DNA from: an uncultured Methanomicrobiaceae archaeon
GTDB lineage: Archaea; Halobacteriota; Methanomicrobia; Methanomicrobiales; Methanoculleaceae
NCBI GenBank assembly: GCA_963826525.1
Contig: CAWGXH010000003.1
Span: 603,789 to 667,788 of the forward strand
Length of the DNA: 64,000 bases
Direction of reading: 5' to 3'
How positions within the stretch are numbered: position 1 is the stretch's first letter; every line of letters starts with the position of its first letter. The notes below the pieces were generated by a model that saw nothing but the letters and a program-made list of their open reading frames with translations, was not told the DNA's origin and did no database searches. Shown in pieces: positions 10,251-21,186 of this stretch. A program made the translations under genes and the position numbers.

Positions 10251-13200
10251 TCATTCATCCGTCTCCCGGAGGATGCGCCGGATCGTCTCTGCGAGCTCCG
10301 GTTCTGCAGTGGCGAGATACTCGGTGAGGTAACTGCGTGCCGTCTCGCCCATCTCGATGAGGGCACGCTCCGCACGCCGCCTGACGGCAAAATGATCGTC
10401 CCGGAGCGCCCGGAGGAGCGGTGCTGCCGCATCCGTTCCCCCGATCCGCGCGATCGTCTTCACGGCGCTTATCCGGACATCGGCAGAGAGATTGTCGAGC
10501 TCTTCTGCGAGTGTCTCGATGGCGACCGCTCCCATCCGTTCGACCTCGGCCCAGCGCTCTCTTGCTAGTAAGTAGTAGACCTGTTCCGCCTCTGTTCCGG
10601 GCGTCCAGCCGAGGCTCTCGAGTGCCTCCGCAACCCCGAGCTTCAGCTCCCGGTCACCGTGCCTGAGGGCGTCGAGGAGGTGGTCATGCACCACCCCGTT
10701 CGGGTCTTTCAGCGCCTCGAGCGCGGCATGGCGGACGCGGTCATCCACATCGTTGAGCGCATGGATCAGGGGTTCGATGGCGCGCCTATCACCGATATAC
10801 CCGAGAGACCGCGCCGCGGCAATCTGTACGGTCTCGTCGCGGTCGCGGAGAGCAAGCGTGAGAGGCTCTATGGCCTGTTTCTTCCCCATGTAGCCGAGCG
10901 CCTCGGCTATAACCGCCCGGACTTCGGAGTCCCGCTCGCGGTGCAGTGCAGCGATGAGCGTCTCGATAGACCGATCGTTTCCGATCTTTCCAAGGTTTCT
11001 CGCCGCAACAATCCGTATTCTGCCGTCGTCGTCCGAAAGAGCATCCATGAGCGGTTCGACGGCGACCTCCCGCATCTCCCCGAGAACGCCGGCAGCGGCC
11101 GTCTGGATATCGGGGTCTTCATCCCTGAGAGCCCGGATCAGGCCTTCTGCGGCGGGCCTGCCCATCATGATCAGACGGGTTGCCGCCCCGAGCTGGGACG
11201 TCCAGGTCTTCTCCCGGAGCGCCTTGATGAGATTTCCAATCTCCTTCTCTCCGTGCTCGGTAAACGCCTTCGTATCTTCCTCAGTGATGCTCTTTGCTTT
11301 CTTCTTCCTCTTCGGCGCCGAGGACGCCGCCTCTACCTGCTCCCCGAGGGCTCTCCTCCAGACGTCGAGAACCTCGCGCTTCTTCAGCGCCTGCGATGCC
11401 TTCTCTCTCACGTCGGCATCGTCGTCGTGCAGTGCTCCGAGCAGCGCTTCCGTCGCCCGGTCGTCGACGATCTTCCAGAGTGCATCGATCGCCGCGAGGC
11501 GTTCGATCTTCGAGCCGCCTTTTAGCACCAGCGAGAGTGCGGCGATGGCCGGTGCGCCGATATCGCCGAGTGCCTGGGCAGCGCTCCACCGCACCTCCTG
11601 TCCCGGGTCGTTCAGACAGTCTATGAGTGGTGGAACCGCCCGCGGATCCTTCATGATCCCGAGCGCTCGTGCGGCGGCGACCCTGACTATCGTTGCCGGG
11701 TCGGCCAGAGCCGCGAGGAGGGCGTCGAGCGCCTCCTCGCCGATCGCCGCGAGGGCATCCGCAGCAGCGTGCCGGACGCCGACGTACGGGTCGCTGCAGA
11801 GATCCCGGAGCGGCCTGACCGCCCGCCGGTCGCGGAGCCTCCCGAGCGCTGCTGCGGCGGCGATCCTGACGTCCTGGTCGGTGTCGCCGAGCACTCCGGC
11901 GAGCGGCTCGACGGCTCGCGTACCCCCCATATCGCCGAGCGCTTCCGCCGCAGCGATCCGGACGACGTAACTCTTGTCCCGGAGCGCTCCGATAAGGGCG
12001 TCGATTGCAGGCTCACCCATACCCCGCAGTGCTTCGATCGCAGCGGCCCGGACTTCCTCGCTATCGTCCTGCAATGCCTTGAGGTAGCGTTCGAGCGGGG
12101 TGAGCACGGTCTCATCCGTTTCTCCCTCCGGCTCTTCCGGCGGCTTTACCGGATCCGGAAGATCGAAGGTGGTGAGCGTCTCGTCCCGCTCGTCCTTCTG
12201 GAGCAGAGATGCATCCTCATCATCGGGGAGTGCTTCGAAGATCTCCTCTTCAAACTCCGGCGGCAGCAGGTGATCCAGGGATAGCGCCGGTGCCTGCTCC
12301 ACGGCCGCTTCCCGAAGACCCTCCTTCGCCTTCGTCCATGCCTGCATCGCCCGCCGGTTCTCCTCAATCAACTGCGAAAGGCTGACTTCGGGTTTTTTCG
12401 GCTGAACGGGGGCGGGCGTTCCCGATGCGGCACCCGGTGACGACGGCTTTTGGGAGGGCGGGGGCTTTGGTTCATTGCCGGCGGGCTTCTTTGCCTGGAA
12501 GGTCGGTCTGCCGTAGCGGTCTTCAAACCTCTTCTGGACGCCGAGCCCCTCTTTGAGCTCGCGTTCGTACCTGTCCGACTGCTCGACAACCGGCCGGGCA
12601 CGCACCTCCGCTTCGTTCCATTGCCTGATGACCGCAATGGCGCGGACTGCCGCCTTCTGCTGAACGGGGTCTTTGCTCCTGCATTCCCGGGCGAGCGCTT
12701 CGAGAGCCGGTACCCCGATCTTCTTGAGCGCTTCCGTCGCGCCCGACCGGACGCCGGAATGATCCTCCTTCAGTGCACGGATCAGCGGTTCGATGGCCGG
12801 CCGCCCCATCCCGACTAGCGCGTTCCACTGCTCTTTCGCTATCAGGTACTGCACCTTCTGGAGTGCGCTCTCCGGTTTCCAGCCAAGTCTGTCGAGTGCC
12901 CAGGCCGCCTCCATCTGCACCTGGTGACAGTCCTTCTCCAGAGTCCTGAGAAGGGGGGGTCGCGCCCGGGAGTCACGGATCTCTCCGAGAGCCTCAACCG
13001 CCGCGGTTCGCACCAGAATATCCGGGTCGTCGAGTGCTCGTATCAGGGCAGGGAGTGCCGGAGCCTCGTTGAGCCTTCCGAGCGTTCGTGCCGAATCCCT
13101 TCTGACCCGGGGATCTTTATCGGTAAGCCCCTGGAGGAGAGCGGGTGCTGCGCCTCTCTTGAGTTTGACGAGCTCAGCATAGTCGCCCCGGAGAAAGTGA

Positions 13201-13734
13201 TACTTCGCCGCATCGTCCTGTTCGGACGGTTTCCATTTCAGCCGTGCAAGCGAACGGGCTGCCGCACGGGCCACCCGCCGGTCGGGATCGCCGAGCGCCT
13301 CCCTGAGCGGCGGGATACCCTGCGGACCGGTTCCCGAGAGAGCGATCGCCGCTCCCTGCCGTATGGCCGGCCGGGTATGGTGAAGTGCCGGAATAAAAGT
13401 ATCAAGAGCAGACTGTTCCGGTCCCGGCCAGTGCATCGGCCATGTTCTCCTGTGCATCTTCCGGGATCTGGATGAGAAGAGCGAGGAACAGCGGAAATAC
13501 AGGCGCACCGGCGGAGAGAAGTCCTTCCGAGATCCACGCTCGATCGCCCGGGCTGCTTTGCTCAAGCCTCGCAACCAGCACGGGAACGGCAGCCGCACCG
13601 AGGCTGTAGAGTGCGACTGCGGCCTCTCTCCGAAGCGATGCATCCCCGGCCGCCAGCGCCTCTATCAGACCGTCGATATTCTTCTGCTCTTTTAATCGTC
13701 CGATATTCGGCCTGAATCTGTCAAAGATTGCCAT
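10251..13734 (-). CDS. Large HEAT/PBS-lyase repeat protein (~1160 aa; frameshift ~13412)
   Basis: Many VR.AAA.ALG....A..PLI.AL.D repeats; N-terminus MAIFDRFRPNI lies in ORF 13402-13992. Confidence 0.85.
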
Positions 13735-13942
13735 GGTCGGTGCACGTCGTCCTGCCGCTCTGAAAACCCGAAAGGGCATCCCGGTTCTCCAAAGGGTGAA
13801 TCCCGGCAGATATACGTGGTAATTTCTCTTGCGAACCAATAAATGTTCCATTCTGTCTTTGGCGATCCGTCGGGATGTGTTATGGCCGCGAAACAAGGTG
13901 ATGCCAATCTTTATCGCAGAGAAGAGCGGTATACCGAAATCT

Positions 13943-14999
13943 ATGGTGGCGCTTGATATTACCCGGCTCCCTGCCGTAGTGCATACGCTCAACCCGGAAA
14001 AAGCTGCACTGTTTGCACGGATCTACTCATACTACAGCGAGACGGGACATCTTGTCCTGCCCGAGCAGATGCAGGACTGGGTGCACGAGAAGTACGGCGA
14101 GATCGAACGTCAGCAGATCGTCCGTGTGGTCAACACCCGGACGAACGAGAGCACGCTCTTTAATTCCGTCAGGGCACGGCGGCCGGTGATAACGATGCGG
14201 GCGGATGAGGCTCTCGTACTGCCCGAGTCGGGCGGCAAAGGGCCGTTCGCCGTTCCTCTCACGGAGACTCCCGAGGATACGTTCGGCAGAATCCACGGGG
14301 AACACTGGGTGACGGCGAGCAACATCGCCAAGTACGATTACCTCCATGCCCTTATCATCTCACAGGAGAGCGAACCGTTCACGACCGACGAGGCCCGTCT
14401 CCTCGATCTCCTCAATGTCGCCGTCCGCTGGTGCCAGGAGGCGAACCGGGTTAATCCTTCGGCCGTGTATCCGTTCCTTATCTGGAATGTGCTCTGGCGG
14501 GCGGGAGCAAGCGTCGTCCACTGTCATGCGCAGATACTCCTAACGCATATGCCCTACAGCACGCCTGCCTGGATGGCACGGGTGCGGGACGAGTACCGGC
14601 GTGAGTACGGGAGCGAGTACTACGAAGATCTCTTTGCCGTCCATACCGAGCTCGGTCTCGGCTTCTCCTGCGGCGGTGCATCGGTGATGGCGTATCTCAC
14701 CCCGAAGAAAGAGCATGAAGTGGTGCTGTTTGCAAAGACGCCGCACGATCTCGTCCCGGCGCTCTCGAGAGTTCTGCTCTGCTACCGGCGGATGGGTATC
14801 CGGAGACTTCAACGTCGGCCTCTTTATGCCGCGTCTCGAAGAAGAGGACTATTACCTTGCCCGTATCGTCGACCGGGGGGATATTGCCGCACGCACCTCG
14901 GATATCGGCGGCATGGAACTGTATGCCGGAACGCCCATCGTCGCTTCCGATCCGTTCCTGCTCATGGAGCATCTCTCAGCAGCAATAAACCCTGACTAG
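13943..14999 (+). CDS. GalT/HIT-superfamily nucleotidyltransferase-like protein (frameshift ~14803)
   Basis: WN....AGASVVHCHAQ resembles GalT GAS..HxHxQ; C-terminus FNVGL...SDIGGMELY in ORF 14715-14999. Confidence 0.6.
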
Positions 15000-15037
15000 A
15001 GCGAATAAGCGTGCGCAGGTGGTTTTTCCACCACCTT

Positions 15038-16192
15038 TTAGCAGGATAGATGCTCTTCCTGAGCGGTATTCCGGTACGTCTTGGTAAGTCTCTCCGCGAC
15101 GGTCTCCCACCGGAACTGCTGCTCTACTTTCTCCCGCCCCTGCCTTCCCATTGCGGCGATGCGGGCCGGGCTGTCGGTTATCGAGAGGAGCCCCTCGGCG
15201 ATGCTCTCGGGCTTTGGGAGCACCTTGACGCCGTCCGTACCATGCTCGATATTCTCGCCGAGACCGCCGACGTCCGATGCGACGACGCACCGTTCGGCGC
15301 TCCATGCTTCGAGGAGCACGAGGCCGAAGGGCTCGTTCCTGCTCGGAATGACGACGACATCCGCCGCGTTCAGGAGGCGGAGATGATCGGTGTCGGCGAG
15401 GTGGCCGAGGAACCGAACCGGAAGTTTCTCTGAGCGTTCTTCGAGCTTCCGGCGCATATCGCCGTCCCCGACGAAGAGGATCTTTCCGTTCTGCTGCTGC
15501 TGCAGAAGTGTCGGCACCGCATCGACGAGTATATCCGGCCCTTTCTGCCAGGCGAGCCTTCCCACAAAGAGCAGAAGGGGTTCGTCCGGGGCGAGGCCGT
15601 GCTCCCGTTTCACATCGTCCGGGTTTACGTCCCTTTTGTACTCCTGCGGCACCACGCCGTTCGGGACGACGTCGATCTTCCATTCCGGAACATTATAGAG
15701 CTGCATGGCCTCGCTCCGAAGTGTCGAGGAGACTGCCGTGACCCTCTTTGCTATCAGCCCTCCATACCACTCTTTCCCCGATATCTCCCGGTATGCCCAT
15801 CCGTCTCCGACGGTGTTGCCGCACCGTCCATACTCCGTCGAATGATACGTAAAAACGGTCTCCCGCTCCTGCAGGTGGTGCATCGCCTCGACGACGTGCC
15901 AGTCGTGGAAGTGGAGGATATCGAAGGGCGTTTTATCCTGCCGCCTGAACTGGTCGACCATGCTGTGGCTCATCCGGCCGCAGTAGTCGATGATGTCGGT
16001 CCCCGTGGGCTGGCAGTAATGGTAGCGGACTCCGTTGATCTCCTCGCCGTCTCCCTTTCCCCTCGTGAAAAAGTGTATCTCATGGGTACGGGCGAGCGTC
16101 TCGGCGAGGTTGGTTGCCGCGTTGGCCAGTCCCCCGACCCGTTCGGCATGGAGGGACTCCCAGCAGAAAAATGCAATCTTCAGGCTCTCCAT
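15038..16192 (-). CDS. Glycosyltransferase family 4 (GT-B)
   Basis: RVGGL, HFHDWH, FVGRL..QKG, PSRNEPFGLVLLEAW. Confidence 0.92.
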   Translation of the reverse strand: MESLKIAFFCWESLHAERVGGLANAATNLAETLARTHEIHFFTRGKGDGEEINGVRYHYCQPTGTDIIDYCGRMSHSMVDQFRRQDKTPFDILHFHDWHVVEAMHHLQERETVFTYHSTEYGRCGNTVGDGWAYREISGKEWYGGLIAKRVTAVSSTLRSEAMQLYNVPEWKIDVVPNGVVPQEYKRDVNPDDVKREHGLAPDEPLLLFVGRLAWQKGPDILVDAVPTLLQQQQNGKILFVGDGDMRRKLEERSEKLPVRFLGHLADTDHLRLLNAADVVVIPSRNEPFGLVLLEAWSAERCVVASDVGGLGENIEHGTDGVKVLPKPESIAEGLLSITDSPARIAAMGRQGREKVEQQFRWETVAERLTKTYRNTAQEEHLSC

Positions 16193-16646
16193 CGGTCTCC
16201 TCTTCGTGTTTTTGTCGATAGGTTATTCATTTTTCAGGATCCGCACATCTGCTGACTGCCGCCGCATCTACGGGCGGCTCTCCCCCGTCCGGTACGACAG
16301 ACCGGATATGAATCATCGCTTCTTCGAGCAGCCATCCGCGACTCTCCGTATAGATCGGGGTCTCCGGGTGCCGTCTTCTCACCAGTACAAACCGACGAAT
16401 GTTTGAACCCCTCTCTGCACAAGGCCGGTATACTGCTGCTCTTTGCAGGTTCCGACGACTAGGATAACCCTGATAGAAATGCCCGGGGCTTAGAACCTGG
16501 GCAGTCAGCGCCCTCCGTATACTCTCGAAGGAGATAATAGTTTGCAGGGGACAGCGCCAGAACACATCAGGCGGGACAGAACGGCACCCGGCATCCGGGG
16601 AACGCACGTTTGTCGGATGCGTGGTGCAGAACGGACAGCATGACCA

Positions 16647-17150
16647 TCAGGGGGTGGATACGTCCCGGAGCCTTCTTATAAGGTGCTCGCCGTGCGACCC
16701 CATCCAGTAGAGTTTTTTGCACCCGGCACACCAGAAGAAATCCGTATCGATGCACCCCTCCGGAGCGTAGGGCGTCTCTCTGACCTCCCTCTCCGTCGCA
16801 GGGCGGAGACGGGCGTTGCAGACGGAGCAGCGGCTCATCCGGATCTCCGGCCGGACAAGCCCTAGATCGACAAGCTGCCTGACCTGTTCGAGGACATCTT
16901 CCGAACGGATGTAGACGGCCGCATCGCCGCCCCTGCGGGCAAGTTCCCGGTCGCGGGTGAGCAGAATCCGGTTACTCTCCGTCGCGATCTCAAGGAGGAC
17001 GGTATCTTCACGGGTATTGCCCCGGGTGAGCGAACTCGCGCTCATCGTATCGTAGCCCATGAAGCGGAGGTACCGGGTCAGCGTCCCGAGCATCCGGTCG
17101 GCGAGGAACCGCACCTCGCCTCCGGTTTTTTCAGTCGATCTTCGAGACAT
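16647..17150 (-). CDS. Mut7-C RNase domain (PIN fold plus Zn ribbon, DUF82) protein
   Basis: RFLADRMLGTLTRYLRFMGYDT, RILLTRD, SRCSVCN, CAGCKKLYWMGSH. Confidence 0.88.
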   Translation of the reverse strand: MSRRSTEKTGGEVRFLADRMLGTLTRYLRFMGYDTMSASSLTRGNTREDTVLLEIATESNRILLTRDRELARRGGDAAVYIRSEDVLEQVRQLVDLGLVRPEIRMSRCSVCNARLRPATEREVRETPYAPEGCIDTDFFWCAGCKKLYWMGSHGEHLIRRLRDVSTP

Positions 17151-18144
17151 ATGCAATACTGCCGCCGCAGGCCGTACACCGGTGGTCTTCAACTCCCACG
17201 AGCCTGCTCGTGAACCCCGTCCGCTCGATCGCGACCGCCCCGCACTCCGGACAGTAGGTGTTCTCGTAGGGATGGTTCATGACATTGCCGAGGTACGGGT
17301 AGTTGATACCGAGGCTTTTAGCGTGTTCGTAGATCTTCTCGAGCTGCGCAACGCTGGTCGGGCTTTTATCCTGCATCTTGTAATCGGGGTGGAACCGGGT
17401 GAAGTGCATCGGAGTATCGGGGCCGAGGTGCTCGAGCACCCACCGGATCAGCGAGTCCATCTCCTCGATGGAGTCGTTCAGCCCCGGAATGACAAGCGTC
17501 ACGGTCTCGACGTGCATCCCGAGCTCGTGGGCGAGTATCGTGGCGTCGAGGACGGGGTCGAGCTTTCCGCCGCAGACCTTTTTGTAAAAGGTATCCGAGA
17601 AGGTCTTGATATCCACGCGGAAGGCGTTCAGCATGGTCGCGACCTCGCGGAGCCCCTCCTCGGTTATGTAGCCGTTCGTGACGTATACCGTGCCGAGCCC
17701 CTGCCGGCGGGCGAGCGTCCCCATATCGAGAGGATACTCGTGCCAGATCGTCGGTTCGTTGTAGGTCCAGGCGATGCTCGCAGAGCCGGTCTCTTTCGCG
17801 CGGCGAACGCCCTCTTCGGGACTCAGGTCACGGAGCATCTGCTGCTCGAGGGTTGCCTGTGAGATATGCCAGTTCTGGCAGTGGCCGCAGTGGAAGTTGC
17901 AGCCGATGGTGCCGAGCGAGTAACAGAGGCTGCCCGGGAGGAAGTGGAAGAGCGGTTTTTTCTCGATGGGGTCGACCGCCTCGGCACTTATCTTGCCGTA
18001 GGTGGCGGCATACAGTGTTCCCCCGCGATTGATTCGAACGCCGCAGACTCCCTGCTTCCCGTCGCGGATGGTGCAGCGATGCGGGCAGAGCGAGCAGTGC
18101 ACCGTCTCGCCTTCGAGTTTCTGGTACAGTCGTGCTTCATGCAT
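17131..18144 (-). CDS. amrS: AmmeMemoRadiSam system radical SAM enzyme
   Basis: CSLCPHRC N-terminus, DPIEKKPLFHF, GCNFHCGHCQNW, TYNEPT, RFHPDY, C-terminal CPEC/CTAC. Confidence 0.92.
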   Translation of the reverse strand: MHEARLYQKLEGETVHCSLCPHRCTIRDGKQGVCGVRINRGGTLYAATYGKISAEAVDPIEKKPLFHFLPGSLCYSLGTIGCNFHCGHCQNWHISQATLEQQMLRDLSPEEGVRRAKETGSASIAWTYNEPTIWHEYPLDMGTLARRQGLGTVYVTNGYITEEGLREVATMLNAFRVDIKTFSDTFYKKVCGGKLDPVLDATILAHELGMHVETVTLVIPGLNDSIEEMDSLIRWVLEHLGPDTPMHFTRFHPDYKMQDKSPTSVAQLEKIYEHAKSLGINYPYLGNVMNHPYENTYCPECGAVAIERTGFTSRLVGVEDHRCTACGGSIAYVSKID

Positions 18145-18349
18145 GCGGACCACATACGTGGATGAGACAGTCCCCGGTATATAGGTAATGCCGGCATCAC
18201 CGTCTGGCCGCCGCGGTATCTGCACCGCCCGTATGCGTATCTCGCGCATTCCCGCAGGCGACGGTGTATACATCCGTGTTTTTACAGAAAGGGCAGGGCA
18301 CCATCTTCAACAGGTATATGAGTGATCTGCAGGAAAAGTATACGGTGGA

Positions 18350-19054
18350 ATGAAAAGGATAGTCATCTCACTCGGCGGCTCGGTTCTGGTACCAACTCTT
18401 GAGTCGAACAATATAGAACGATACGTTGCCGTTCTCAAAAAGATAGCCGAAAAATGCCGGATTTTTGTAGTGGTCGGCGGCGGCGGAGAGGCACGCCGTT
18501 ATATAGGGGCGGCGCGATCCGTCGGCATCGACGAAGCGACGGCGGACGAACTCGGTATCATGGTTACGCGCCTGAACGCACGCCTGCTCGTCGGCGGACT
18601 CGGGTCGGCCGCATACCCGCGGGTGGCCGAGAACTACACGGAGGCGAAGGAGTATGCCGAGACGGCGAAGATCGTCGTCATGGGCGGGGTCACTCCGGCG
18701 CAGACGACCGATGCCGTCTCTGCGGTGCTCGCCGAGAGTGTCGGTGCCGACCTCCTCATCAACGCCACATCGGTTAACGGGATCTACAGCGCCGATCCGA
18801 AGAAGCACGCGGGCGCAGTCAGGCACGAGCGGCTGACGCCCGGCCAGCTCCTGGAGATCATCGCCCATGGGAGACTCAGTGCCGGAGCAAATACTGTCCT
18901 TGATATCGTCGCCGGGAAGGTTGTCGAACGGAGCGGCATCCCGCTCCTGGTGCTGGACGGCCGCGACCCCGAGAACCTCGCAAGAGCGATCGTCGAGGGT
19001 GAGTTCGTCGGGACGATCGTCGGTGAAGAGGGCTCCTGCCCGCTGCCGGTCTGA
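18350..19054 (+). CDS. pyrH: UMP kinase (archaeal)
   Basis: SLGGSV, VVGGG..AR.YI, DELGI..TR.NA, TTDAV, GIYSADPK. Confidence 0.95.
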   Translation: MKRIVISLGGSVLVPTLESNNIERYVAVLKKIAEKCRIFVVVGGGGEARRYIGAARSVGIDEATADELGIMVTRLNARLLVGGLGSAAYPRVAENYTEAKEYAETAKIVVMGGVTPAQTTDAVSAVLAESVGADLLINATSVNGIYSADPKKHAGAVRHERLTPGQLLEIIAHGRLSAGANTVLDIVAGKVVERSGIPLLVLDGRDPENLARAIVEGEFVGTIVGEEGSCPLPV

Positions 19055-19112
19055 TCGGTCTCCTCTTCATCGGCAACTATTTTTGCTCGCTCCGCCTATG
19101 TATTCAGGCACA

Positions 19113-19187
19113 GGGGTAGTAGGGTAGCCTGGTCCATCCTAGAGCGTTTGGGACGCTTTGACGGCAGTTCGAATCTGCCCTACCCCA
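19113..19187 (+). tRNA. tRNA-Pro (anticodon TGG)
   Basis: GGGGTAG/CTACCCC acceptor stem, GAGCG-TTTGGGA-CGCTT anticodon arm, GGCAG-TTCGAAT-CTGCC T arm; no intron. Confidence 0.95.
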
Positions 19188-19193
19188 TCTGTT

Positions 19194-19850
19194 ATGGATC
19201 CGGATACGGCATATGCAATCTATCGGCGTCTTCTTCTGCACTATCCTATCGTCGAAGGCCGTACCAACTTTATTCCGTTCGATAGTCCGTTTGAGTCTCT
19301 TATTCTGACCATTCTCTCAGCCCAGACCACCGATAGGTCGGTTACTGCCGTACGCGAACCGCTCTTCTCGCGGTATCCGACCCCGGAGGCGCTTGCCGCC
19401 GCCTCGCCCGAGGAGGTCGAGCCGATCATCAGGACACTCGGGTTTCACCACGCGAAAGCCGAGTATATCGTCGGGACAGCCCGGAAGATCGTCGAGTCGT
19501 TCGGCGGCGAGGTTCCGCGAACGATGAACGAACTCCGATCGCTGCCCGGCGTCGGCAGAAAGACCGCGAATATCGTTCTCTCCCATGCCTTCGGGATCAA
19601 CACCGGCATAGCCGTCGACACGCATGTCCGGCGGGTCTCGCACCGGCTCGGGATGACCGAGAGCAGAAACCCCGATATCATCGAACGCGACCTGATGGCG
19701 CTCCTGCCGGAGGAGACCTGGGGTGAGGTGAACTATCTCCTTATCCGGCACGGACGGGAGATCTGCACGGCCAGAAACCCGAAGCACGAGGAGTGTTTTC
19801 TCCGCGATCTCTGCCGCTACTACCGGGAAGAGGTGAAAAGGGCTCTCTAG
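19194..19850 (+). CDS. nth: Endonuclease III
   Basis: ILSAQTTD, HhH LPGVGRKTAN, VDTHV.R, C-terminal Fe-S motif with His variant. Confidence 0.95.
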   Translation: MDPDTAYAIYRRLLLHYPIVEGRTNFIPFDSPFESLILTILSAQTTDRSVTAVREPLFSRYPTPEALAAASPEEVEPIIRTLGFHHAKAEYIVGTARKIVESFGGEVPRTMNELRSLPGVGRKTANIVLSHAFGINTGIAVDTHVRRVSHRLGMTESRNPDIIERDLMALLPEETWGEVNYLLIRHGREICTARNPKHEECFLRDLCRYYREEVKRAL

Positions 19851-20005
19851 AAACTCTTCACATCGACATATCCTTGCCGCTCTTTTTCGAGACCATCCTC
19901 CTACCGTCGATCTGCCAAGGTCATGGACGTCATGGTGAAGATGGAGCACCAATGACCCACAGGAGTCTTTCAGGAATGCTGTAAAAAAAGTGTCCTGATC
20001 CCGGT

Positions 20006-21181
20006 TCACAGCCAGATTGCCTGATAGACCAGAAAACAGAGCCCGGCAACGATCGCGGCTGCCGGGATAGTCAGGATCCATGCGGCGACGATCTCACGGA
20101 CGATACCCCATTTTACCGCGGAGTAGCCGCGGGTTGCACCGACACCCATGATCGCGCCGGTCGTGGCGTGGGTCGTCGAGACCGGCACACCGAAGGCGGT
20201 CATGAGCGAGAGGACGGCACCGGCGGCCGTCGAGGCGCAGAAACCCTGATACGGCCGTATCTTGGTGATCTTGTTCGCCATCTTATCGATGACGCGCCAC
20301 CCGCCGAGGAGGGTTCCGAGCGAGATAGCGAGTGACGAGGCGAGGATGACCCAGAGGGGAACGGAAAATTCGGTGAGCATCCCTCCGGCGAGGAGCAGCG
20401 CCGTGATGATACCCATCGCGTTCTGGGCGTCGTTGCTGCCGTGGCCGATCGCCTGGAACGAGCCTGAAAAGATCTGGAGGTTGCGGAAGATACCGTTCAG
20501 CCGCCGGGGTGGGTAGTTCCTGACGGTGCGGACGACGATGAGCGCGAACGCGAATGCCGATATGAGCCCGAGCATCGGTGAGATGACGATGAAGACGAGG
20601 ACCGCGAGGATGCCGCTGATCTTGATGATACCCGCTATGATGAGCACCGGAAAGGTCAGCGTCACCCCGATCAGGGCGCCGAGGGCGACGTACTGCGATA
20701 CGGGCTCTTTGTGGCGAAGGGCGAGGGCTGCAAGCGCGACCATGCCGATCACCGCGCCAATGAGCCCATAGATCACTACGAGTTCGACGATCTCCGGTGC
20801 CGGCCAGAGTATCGCCGAAACACCCGCGCCGGCAATACCTGCACCGAGCAACCCGCCGATGAGCGCGTGGCTGCTCGAGACGGGAATGCCGAGGTACGAG
20901 GTGACGAGCACCCAGAGGACGGCGCCGATGAGGCCGACCAGAACAAGCGGGGGGGTGAGAAACGTGGGATCGACGATCCCTTTTCCGATAGTCTGTGCAA
21001 TGGCGGTCGTGAAGAGCAGCGGGCCGACGAGGTTGAAGATGCCGGCGAGTGCCACTGCCTGAAGCGGGGTGAGCGCCTTTGTGGCGATGATGGTGGCGAT
21101 GGAGTTTGCGGCGTCGTTGAGCCCGTTTGCGAAGTTGAAGAGCAGCGCAAGACCGACTCCGACGAGGATTATGAGGTCCAT
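20006..21181 (-). CDS. pit: Inorganic phosphate transporter, PiT family
   Basis: NGLNDAANSIAT, GIPVSSSHA, HGSNDAQ, PVSTTH signatures. Confidence 0.93.
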   Translation of the reverse strand: MDLIILVGVGLALLFNFANGLNDAANSIATIIATKALTPLQAVALAGIFNLVGPLLFTTAIAQTIGKGIVDPTFLTPPLVLVGLIGAVLWVLVTSYLGIPVSSSHALIGGLLGAGIAGAGVSAILWPAPEIVELVVIYGLIGAVIGMVALAALALRHKEPVSQYVALGALIGVTLTFPVLIIAGIIKISGILAVLVFIVISPMLGLISAFAFALIVVRTVRNYPPRRLNGIFRNLQIFSGSFQAIGHGSNDAQNAMGIITALLLAGGMLTEFSVPLWVILASSLAISLGTLLGGWRVIDKMANKITKIRPYQGFCASTAAGAVLSLMTAFGVPVSTTHATTGAIMGVGATRGYSAVKWGIVREIVAAWILTIPAAAIVAGLCFLVYQAIWL

Positions 21182-21186
21182 AGCGA

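Noticed and set aside
16227-16607. Possible small minus-strand protein (IRRFVLVRRRHPETPIY...)
   Set aside because: No convincing start or family motif; cannot be supported
19113-19187. tRNA-Pro as an integration site
   Set aside because: Flanked by housekeeping pyrH and nth; no duplicated 3' end or integrase seen
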